Of a DNA stretch of 59,976 nucleotides, positions 52,586 through 59,976 are shown one piece after another. A model generated the notes under the pieces. It did not search any database and had not been told where the DNA came from. It saw only the letters and a program-made list of their open reading frames with translations. The stretch is from a virus. Its lineage: Duplodnaviria; Caudoviricetes. The DNA lies in the IMG/VR virus record IMGVR_UViG_3300032116_000208, positions 1 to 59,976 of that record. One strand, written 5' to 3'. A program made the translations under genes and the position numbers. Every line of letters begins with the position of its first letter. Position 1 is the first letter of the stretch.

Positions 52586-53060
52586 AGAGCTGGAGGTGCG
52601 GGTGTGGGGCTTTGTAGTCGTGATGATTACATTGATCCTTGCTGGCATCGTCTTTGCCTTGCTGTACTCGGTGACCTTTGTGACGCAGCCGATCAAGTCG
52701 ATGGCCCCCATCGACCAAGCGTACACCAAGATGCTCAACGACATCGTGCTGTTGATAGTAGGTGGCATTGGCGGCATTGTTGGCAAGCGTGCAGTCAGTG
52801 GTGTAATTAACAAGCAGCCCCCGCCGACCAACTCAGCTGTGGCTACCAACACAGCAACGCAGACCACCAATGCAGCGCCACAGGCTTACTGCGCCCCATC
52901 GACTACGGTATCAATGCCTGACTTCAACTGGATGGGATACAAGAATCCAGAGCTGGACGAAACGTGGACACCCGGCCCACCACCTACAACGCCCCCAGAT
53001 CATCAAGAGCCTGAAGAAGATCGTGCAGAAATTGCAGCGGCTCGTAGGGAGGGAGCATGA
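52542..53060 (+). CDS. Two-TM membrane protein (holin-like)
   Basis: Two hydrophobic segments, QP..MAPID, Pro-rich tail. Confidence 0.7.
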   Translation: MTKLDNLLTPKLTAEELEVRVWGFVVVMITLILAGIVFALLYSVTFVTQPIKSMAPIDQAYTKMLNDIVLLIVGGIGGIVGKRAVSGVINKQPPPTNSAVATNTATQTTNAAPQAYCAPSTTVSMPDFNWMGYKNPELDETWTPGPPPTTPPDHQEPEEDRAEIAAARREGA

Positions 53061-53560
53061 GCCCAATGACCCTGTACCCAACGCTGGCGCTGGTAGCCGC
53101 TCTGGCGATGGGAGGGTTTTACAAGTACGGCTACAGTAACGGCTGGGGTGACCGCGACACTGAAATGCAAGTGCAGATTGCGGCCAAGAATGAACACGCA
53201 CGACAGCTTGAGCAAGAGATGGCTAAGGCTGTATCCGACAAAGACGCTGAACTTCGAAAGGCAAACGATGTTGTCAACAAAAAGCAAACTGACCTTAATC
53301 GCCTCATTGCTGCTGGCAGGGTGCGCCTCCCCGCCGCCAGTTGTGTACAAGCCAGCCCAAGTCCCGCCCCTGCCGCTGGAGATAGCAACCAAGCGCGAAG
53401 TGAACCTGACAGACCGGCTGACCCAGCTCCTGATGCCGAGCGAGCAACCCTCCAAGCCATCGCAGAAATAGTGGCTCAGGGTGACAAGAACACTGCCCAG
53501 CTCAACGCCTGCATCGACGCGTACGACCAAATGAGGAGAATCGTGAATGGTAACCCCTGA
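53057..53560 (+). CDS. Rz: i-spanin (Rz-like)
   Basis: N-terminal TM, coiled coil, G.VRL, GD....QLNAC; contains a nested lipoprotein ORF. Confidence 0.85.
   Translation: MSPMTLYPTLALVAALAMGGFYKYGYSNGWGDRDTEMQVQIAAKNEHARQLEQEMAKAVSDKDAELRKANDVVNKKQTDLNRLIAAGRVRLPAASCVQASPSPAPAAGDSNQARSEPDRPADPAPDAERATLQAIAEIVAQGDKNTAQLNACIDAYDQMRRIVNGNP
53268..53471 (+). CDS. Rz1: o-spanin (Rz1-like), embedded
   Basis: +1 frame within Rz; lipobox LLAGC; Pro-rich. Confidence 0.8.
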   Translation: MLSTKSKLTLIASLLLAGCASPPPVVYKPAQVPPLPLEIATKREVNLTDRLTQLLMPSEQPSKPSQK

Positions 53561-54179
53561 GCAACTTAAAAAGCTGCACATTGACCCTGTGTGGACTGAC
53601 CCACTGAACGCCACGTTTGCACGGTTTAATATCCTGACGCCACGCCAGCAAGCTGCGTTTATCGGTCAGTGTGGCCATGAGAGCGCCAACTTTCGGGTAC
53701 TGGAAGAAAACCTGAACTACCGTGCTGCCACGCTCCTGAAGCTGTTCCCTCGCACACCCAAGCGTTCATGGGGCTTTACGCCTGAAGAGGCTGCAGCCTA
53801 CGAGCGCCAGCCCAAGAAGATCGCCAACCGCATCTATGGCAATCGCATGAACAACCGGGATGAGGCTTCTGGCGACGGTTATCGTTTTCGTGGCCGTGGG
53901 TGCATCCAACTTACTGGTGCCGCAAATTACCATCATGCTGGCAAAGCCCTTGGTGTGGACTTCATCATGGAGCCTGACTTGGTGGCTACACCGCAGTACG
54001 CTGCCTTGACAGCTGGCTGGTTCTGGGACACACAAAAGCTCAACGCCATTGCTGAGACCGGAAATAATCTGGCGCTGACCAAGAAGATCAACGGTGGCAC
54101 AATCGGCCTAGATGACCGTATCAAGCACACCAACGAGGCTCTGGCCCTACTAAGCGATCCCAACTACAATCTGGCGTAG
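53547..54179 (+). CDS. Endolysin, glycoside hydrolase family 19
   Basis: AAFIGQCGHES, ENLNY, RGRG.IQLTG..NY, INGG.IGL.DR. Confidence 0.95.
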   Translation: MVTPEQLKKLHIDPVWTDPLNATFARFNILTPRQQAAFIGQCGHESANFRVLEENLNYRAATLLKLFPRTPKRSWGFTPEEAAAYERQPKKIANRIYGNRMNNRDEASGDGYRFRGRGCIQLTGAANYHHAGKALGVDFIMEPDLVATPQYAALTAGWFWDTQKLNAIAETGNNLALTKKINGGTIGLDDRIKHTNEALALLSDPNYNLA

Positions 54180-54192
54180 TGAGGAACATAGC

Positions 54193-55812
54193 ATGGCAGC
54201 ACTTCAGATCAAATCGTTTGGCGGGATTTCTCCCAAGGTGCCGCCGCGCTACCTTCAGGACGCGCAAGCGCAGACTGCGCTGAACACGGATGTGTTCCAA
54301 GGGTCACTCAAGCCCATCGCAGCTCTTGGCTCCACTGTAGCCACACTGACTAAGTCTGGCACCCCGCTGACCATCTACCGCTTTGGGCAAAACGCCATTT
54401 CGGACTCAGAGTATTGGTTCCACTGGACCACTGATGTTGACGTGTGTCGCAGCCAGATCGCAGGGGATGTGTCCGAATGGACGTTCTACACAGGCGACGG
54501 GGCACCAAAAGCCACGTACAACACCATTGCACTGTCTGGTAGCAACTACCCCACTGTGTCGCGTCCGCTGGGCGTTCCCGCCCCCTCTACAGCGTCTACG
54601 GTATCGGTTACAGGTACACCTACAGAAGCAACTGACATCCCAGAGACTAGGGTTTATACCTATACGGTCGTCAACAAAGAGTCCGGGTTTGATTTTGAGT
54701 CTGCTCCAGCCCCAGCGTCTGCTGAGGTCAGCGTGCGTATTGGCCAGAGTGTGACTGTTGGTGGATTTGCCTCAATTCCATCTGGGTACACCATCACCCA
54801 CCGCCGTATTTACCGTGCGACTTCGGGTGTGTTTCTGTTCGTGGCGGAAATACCGGTAGCCAACACCTCATACTCGGACAGCATCGTAGCCGAAGACCTT
54901 GGCGAAGAGCTGCCGTCCCTGACATGGCTCCCTCCACCAGACACACTCAAGGGGCTCATCAACCTACCCGGTGGCATCATGGCTGGGTTCACTGGCCGGG
55001 ACGTGTACTTCTGCGACCCCTATCGCCCTCATGCTTGGCCCGTGCAGTACATGCAATCTCTGGACTTCCCCGTGGTTGGCCTTGGCCGCATGGACACTAC
55101 GCTGGCTGTGATGACCACAGGAACGCCTTACTTTATCCAAGGCAGCTCTCCCGACTCTATGGTAGTGGTCAAGTCCGATTTGGAACAAGCATGCGCCTCC
55201 AAGCGCAGCATCGTGAGTTTCAACGGCGCAGTAATCTACGCCAGTCCTGACGGTCTGGTGTCTTTGTCGCCCAGCGGCTCCAAGATCATCACAGAGAAAT
55301 ACTTTACACGCGCACAGTGGCAAGCGCTGTTTGTGCCCAGTACGATCTACGCGTATCAGCACGACATGAAGTACTTCGGGTTTTACAACAACGGCGTGAC
55401 ATCTGGCGGCTTCATCTATGACGCGGCTACTGGCGAGTTCGTGACCCATGACATTTACGTGGCTGCGGGTTACAACGACTTGCAGGTGGACAAGCTCTTC
55501 CTTGCTGGCGCTGACCGGGCGGTGAAGGTGTGGGGCGCTGGTTCTCTGAAAACTGTGACATGGAAGTCCAAGAAATTCACCCTGCCACAAGTCATGAGTT
55601 TCTCTTGCGCACAGCTCGAAGCTGAGTCGTATCCGATGACGGCTAAAATCTACGCAGGTGGTACGCTTGTCCACACGCAAACTGTAGCAAGCCGGGACTT
55701 TTTCCGCTTGCCAGCGACACCCAGCCGTGACTGGGAGTTCCAGTTTGAGGGCGGCGCTGAGGTGTTCTCGTTCGCAATAGCGCAGTCTGTGCAGGAGTTG
55801 GCTAGTGTCTAA
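54193..55812 (+). CDS. Tail tubular / nozzle-like protein
   Basis: FGGI.P...P..L, R.IYR, P..P.AWP..Y, C.SKRSIV, YASPDGLV, WKSK.F. Confidence 0.7.
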   Translation: MAALQIKSFGGISPKVPPRYLQDAQAQTALNTDVFQGSLKPIAALGSTVATLTKSGTPLTIYRFGQNAISDSEYWFHWTTDVDVCRSQIAGDVSEWTFYTGDGAPKATYNTIALSGSNYPTVSRPLGVPAPSTASTVSVTGTPTEATDIPETRVYTYTVVNKESGFDFESAPAPASAEVSVRIGQSVTVGGFASIPSGYTITHRRIYRATSGVFLFVAEIPVANTSYSDSIVAEDLGEELPSLTWLPPPDTLKGLINLPGGIMAGFTGRDVYFCDPYRPHAWPVQYMQSLDFPVVGLGRMDTTLAVMTTGTPYFIQGSSPDSMVVVKSDLEQACASKRSIVSFNGAVIYASPDGLVSLSPSGSKIITEKYFTRAQWQALFVPSTIYAYQHDMKYFGFYNNGVTSGGFIYDAATGEFVTHDIYVAAGYNDLQVDKLFLAGADRAVKVWGAGSLKTVTWKSKKFTLPQVMSFSCAQLEAESYPMTAKIYAGGTLVHTQTVASRDFFRLPATPSRDWEFQFEGGAEVFSFAIAQSVQELASV

Positions 55813-58800
55813 AAAGCTCCCATTCGTCAAGTCGGACATCCCCCGCGACCTGCGGATGTTTCTGGATCGCGTGCGTGAGCTCGTATCGGGCTCTGGCGCT
55901 GACCGGCTCATCAGTCTTGACGACCTGACTTCTGCAGGGCTTGCTGGCAGTGACTCTTCAGGCTCATTGGTCGCACCAACACAGCCGTTTGTGGCTTCGC
56001 CACCGGCACCGACCAACGTCACTGCTACTGCCGCAATTCGCAATATCATCGTAGCTTGGGACGCTCCGGCCTACCCCGGACATGCGTACGCTGAAGTGTG
56101 GGGGGCAAGCACGAACTCGTTGGCCGCTGCTGTCTTGCTGGGTATGACCCCCGGAGCCATCTACGTGGATGAGACGGGTCCAAGCACTACACGCTTTTAC
56201 TGGGCGCGGTTCGTCAACACCAACGACGTCAAAGGTCCGTACAACGCCACCAGTGGCACTTCAGCTACTACAGGCCCAGAGGTTGACTACCTGCTCGATC
56301 AGCTCGCAGGTGAGATTACAACGGCGGAGCTCAGTACATCCCTGAACAGCCGTATCAATTTGATTGACGGGCCAGCGACAACGATTGGCACAATCCCCAA
56401 CCAGCTAGCCTTCTTGCAGGGGCAGGTGGACGCCATCACGTCGTACCCAGACTACGACAACGCAACGACCTATGCAGCGGAGGACATTGTCAAGTACGAC
56501 GGTGGTCTCTATAAGGCGATCAGTGCCACGACTGGTAACCTGCCAACCAACACCACATACTGGCTCAAGATTGGTGACTACTCGTCGCTGGCTGACGTCG
56601 TTGCCGCCCACACAGCAGAGATCGCTACGCTGACAACGGACTTGGGTGGAGAAGTCACAGCTCGGGAAACTCTGGCCACGCAGATGCGTGGGACGTATAC
56701 GGGTACTGACTTGGCGTCTGTAACGTCTGGCCTGATTTTTTCCGAGCGCACGGCGCGTACTACGGCTGATGAGGGCTTGGCGACTAGCATTTCGACCGTG
56801 AGCGCCACCGCTGCTGGCAAGAACCGTATCTTTCGCCAACCTACGACACCGTCATCACCACAGGTCAACGACATCTGGGTAGACACGAAGATCAGCTACG
56901 CCGAGACTTACTTTGAGGGTGAATACTCTAAGGTAAAAAACAAACAGTTTCAGTGGGATGGCGCTTCGTGGCTGGACATAACAGACATTGACATCCAAGA
57001 AAACTACGCCTTGCTCGTGCTTGAGCAAACAGCCAGAGCCACAGCTGATGATGCTCTTGCCCAAGAAATTGTGACCCTTAACGCAGGTGTCAACGCCAAT
57101 GATGTAGCCATCCGTGCGGCCTTGCAAGTCGAGACTACTGCCCGAGCTGATGAAGACGAAGCGTTGGCAGGGTTGATTACAACGCTGGACTCACAGGTCA
57201 ACAACCCCACCACAGGTTTGTCAGCGACGCGGGCTACGCTCGTCAACGATTATTCGACGACAGCTACAGTAGATGGGGCCATCGCGTCTAGCACCACAAC
57301 GCTCAAGGCCTACACCAACACTACAGCTTCTCGTACGTTTAGGCAGAACGACGCGCCCACTAGGCGCGGCGTAGACGAAGGAACGAACATCCCCTTGCAG
57401 ACTGGCGATGTGTGGGTGGACATCAATGACCAGAACAAGATTTACCAGTGGGACGGTACTGAGTGGGTGTATTCGCCAGATGGCTCTATTGTTGAGTCGA
57501 TTACAAACCTCGGCGCTACGCTGACGAACGACTACCTGACACAGACTGACACTGAGAACGCCATCGCCCAGAGCAGCACGTTCTTGCGTGCGTATGCAGA
57601 CATTCAGTCCAAGGTGTTTCGCACAGCTGACACTCCTACCAAGCGTGGTGTGGACCCAGAAACTTCCGATGATGTGCCATTGGAAGTAGGAGATGTTTGG
57701 TACGACACCAACGACGGAAACAAACTGTACTTGTGGTCTGGTGCAGAGTGGTTGTACTCACCCGACGCCGACATTACAAACTCTGTGACGGCAGTAGACG
57801 CCCGTGTCACAACGGTTGAGACCACACAAATTGGATACTGCACGATTGGCGGCATTGCATCTGATGATACAAACCGCGCTGACTGCCAAGCCGCAGGTGG
57901 TGTGTGGAACGTAGGCATTCCACTGGCTACAGCGGTCAAACAAGTATCAGTTAGTGACGGCGCGGACTCGGCCACGCTGGAGCAGCGCTTTACAGCACAG
58001 AAGACTCTGAACGATGGACTCAAAGCTGAGTACACCATCAAGCTCGATGTCAACGGCAACGTGTCTGGGTATGGTATTTACGGCGATGACGGCGGTTCAG
58101 AGTTTGTAGCCAACGTCGACCGATTTGCTGTCACAACACCACAGTCTTCCATTCAGCTTCGTGCCGACAGCACAACGTACGGTGTGGGGGCCATCGCTCG
58201 TGTTGCGGGTGCGGACGACAGAACACTGGTGTGTAAGGTAGGCGGTTCTACAGGGGCTTCCGCGCCCATCATTGGCGGTATTGGCACCATGGTTACTGAC
58301 GGCACTTTGGTGTGGCAGGTGGCCAGCCGAGTTCCGTTCGCAGTCCAAGCCGTGCCGACAGAGATCAATGGTCAACCAGTCCCTGCTGGTGTGTATGTCG
58401 ACGCAGCTTACATCCTAAACGCCACAGTGCAGAACACCCAGATTGCTGACTTGGCTGTGGATGACTCAAAGATTGCAAACTTGACTGTAGACAAACTCAT
58501 TGCGGGTTCTATTGCTGCGGATCAGTTCATACAAAGCAGCAACTATGTACCGAATGTAAGCGGATTCCGCCTAGATGCGAATGGCAACGCTTACCTGCAG
58601 AACGCTGTGGTTCGCGGGACTGTGTACGCTACGGACGGTCAGTTTGTAGGCGAGGTAATAGCTGAAGACTCTGGCGGTAACAAAGCCCGTATGTGGTCTG
58701 GCAACTTTGAGGTTTACAAACAAGTTCCGTCTGTCGGACTCGTTCTATATAAAGCGCTGTCTCGTGTCGAGACTGGAGTCGGCACGAATAACGTGTTGGT

Positions 58801-59854
58801 AAACATACCGGGGTACTTTACAGCGCAACCTCGTGTCATTGTGTCGCCAGCAAATATGACGCTGTACGACAAAAACTTTGCTAACCAAAATCAAGCTATA
58901 CAGTGTGAAGCCCGTGACCTCGTGGAGACTTCTACTGGATCAATGTCTTGGAGCTTTACTCCGGTGGCGACGCTCAGCCTTGCAGCCAACACGGGCCAGA
59001 CCGTCGTCAATCAGACCAGCGGCTCACTATCTACCGGCTGGACGAGCTCTCAGTACACTACACCAGCAAATACGATTACCATAACGCCAAACATTACACT
59101 CACGTCTTCACGTGGCACTGGTACATCTGGTAACTTTTATCGCCGCACGGTTCGCTGGAGAGTTGAGTATCTTAGCGGCGGCGGTTTCGTGGCTGGTAGT
59201 TGGAACACTACAGCGCTAGGCGATGCCGCTCCGGCCACTGTTACTACTAACGGCACTTTCTCGTTTCCAAGCTCTGGCACTTGGGTTTTTCGCATTGTCA
59301 CCGAAGCGTTTGACTCTGGCGGCACCTTTAACACGGGTACTTCATTTGAGACAGTTGTAGACAGTATTTCTCGCACAAGCGCGGTTACGCAGACTGTGGG
59401 TCCATTTGAGAACGCAACAAGAACGCTAGACTACACGCCAAGCTACACGCTTCCATCTGGTTGGACATTTGTCTCTGTTACATACACGTATAACTATAGC
59501 TACAACATTGCATATGGTGGCTTTAACCCTCCGACTGCCAGCATAACTGGAAGTGGGTTGTTCTTCACCAGTGGTTCAGGTACATCACTGGTTAGGTCAC
59601 ATACGCGCAGTAGTAACTTGCTATCTTTTTCAGTTACAGCTGGTTTTATACCGGGTTCCGTCGGGACTCCCGGTGCTGGGTCTAGTGCTAGCCTTACACT
59701 CAATAGTGTCACAGGTTCAGTCACACGCCAAAGACCGCTTACAAACTCAACAACAGCGGCCAACTCGTTCTCGTTCAACTATTACGACTTCACTTTGACT
59801 GCTGCACAAGTGTTGGCGACTGGGTCGCTCAACTGGATTGCCATTGGCGAATGA
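55805..59854 (+). CDS. Host-specificity tail fibre (J-like, FnIII and DUF1983-like region)
   Basis: PPAPT.V..W FnIII, coiled repeats, three R.FR...P..D.W.D units, YTIKLDVNG.VSGYG..F...DRF, I..L.VDKL.AG. Confidence 0.8.
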   Translation: MSKKLPFVKSDIPRDLRMFLDRVRELVSGSGADRLISLDDLTSAGLAGSDSSGSLVAPTQPFVASPPAPTNVTATAAIRNIIVAWDAPAYPGHAYAEVWGASTNSLAAAVLLGMTPGAIYVDETGPSTTRFYWARFVNTNDVKGPYNATSGTSATTGPEVDYLLDQLAGEITTAELSTSLNSRINLIDGPATTIGTIPNQLAFLQGQVDAITSYPDYDNATTYAAEDIVKYDGGLYKAISATTGNLPTNTTYWLKIGDYSSLADVVAAHTAEIATLTTDLGGEVTARETLATQMRGTYTGTDLASVTSGLIFSERTARTTADEGLATSISTVSATAAGKNRIFRQPTTPSSPQVNDIWVDTKISYAETYFEGEYSKVKNKQFQWDGASWLDITDIDIQENYALLVLEQTARATADDALAQEIVTLNAGVNANDVAIRAALQVETTARADEDEALAGLITTLDSQVNNPTTGLSATRATLVNDYSTTATVDGAIASSTTTLKAYTNTTASRTFRQNDAPTRRGVDEGTNIPLQTGDVWVDINDQNKIYQWDGTEWVYSPDGSIVESITNLGATLTNDYLTQTDTENAIAQSSTFLRAYADIQSKVFRTADTPTKRGVDPETSDDVPLEVGDVWYDTNDGNKLYLWSGAEWLYSPDADITNSVTAVDARVTTVETTQIGYCTIGGIASDDTNRADCQAAGGVWNVGIPLATAVKQVSVSDGADSATLEQRFTAQKTLNDGLKAEYTIKLDVNGNVSGYGIYGDDGGSEFVANVDRFAVTTPQSSIQLRADSTTYGVGAIARVAGADDRTLVCKVGGSTGASAPIIGGIGTMVTDGTLVWQVASRVPFAVQAVPTEINGQPVPAGVYVDAAYILNATVQNTQIADLAVDDSKIANLTVDKLIAGSIAADQFIQSSNYVPNVSGFRLDANGNAYLQNAVVRGTVYATDGQFVGEVIAEDSGGNKARMWSGNFEVYKQVPSVGLVLYKALSRVETGVGTNNVLVNIPGYFTAQPRVIVSPANMTLYDKNFANQNQAIQCEARDLVETSTGSMSWSFTPVATLSLAANTGQTVVNQTSGSLSTGWTSSQYTTPANTITITPNITLTSSRGTGTSGNFYRRTVRWRVEYLSGGGFVAGSWNTTALGDAAPATVTTNGTFSFPSSGTWVFRIVTEAFDSGGTFNTGTSFETVVDSISRTSAVTQTVGPFENATRTLDYTPSYTLPSGWTFVSVTYTYNYSYNIAYGGFNPPTASITGSGLFFTSGSGTSLVRSHTRSSNLLSFSVTAGFIPGSVGTPGAGSSASLTLNSVTGSVTRQRPLTNSTTAANSFSFNYYDFTLTAAQVLATGSLNWIAIGE

Positions 59855-59975
59855 GCCATAATCCACCCATGCCCCACCTTGTCTACGACCAAAAAGAACG
59901 CATCGGCGCATGGGTCGCTGAGCAGGTCAACCAGAACGCTGACTGGGGCAGCTTCTACGCTATTGGCGTTGTGAG
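59850..59975. repeat. Terminal direct repeat, copy 2
   Basis: Identical to 1-126. Confidence 0.95.
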
Positions 59976-59976
59976 A

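Overview
This window looks like a complete, circularly assembled tailed-phage genome of about 59.85 kb; bases 1-126 recur at 59850-59975. The layout is podovirus-like with two arms. The + strand late arm (36026-59854, continuing through 2-11676) carries an RHH regulator, TerS/TerL, portal, scaffold, capsid, adaptors, fibres, an expanded lysis cassette with a GH19 endolysin and Rz/Rz1, a tail nozzle, a J-like fibre, a GNAT protein, ejection proteins including a 2504-aa polyvalent protein, and small Lys-rich proteins. The - strand early/replication arm (35218 down to 11759) carries many small genes, a MoxR-AAA/VWA-metallopeptidase module, a MazG-like protein, family A DNA polymerase, Cas4-like and VRR-NUC nucleases, an SNF2 helicase, an SSB-like protein and a primase-DUF927 helicase. 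I found no RNA polymerase, integrase, tRNA or CRISPR array. Spanins imply a Gram-negative host; a betaproteobacterial host is only my impression from gene content. Most notable: (1) a predicted 72-nt sRNA (11751-11680, -) with its own sigma70 promoter and terminator, complementary to the SD/start regions of several early and replication genes; (2) three RBS-equipped ORFs nested in the +1 frame of the giant ejection gene, whose protein carries sigma4-like HTH, UvrD-type Tudor, ART-like and zincin domains; (3) a roughly 500-nt structured non-coding early leader, next to palindromic operators and an iteron/IHF origin-like region. All family assignments come from motif recognition by eye; no database search was run.
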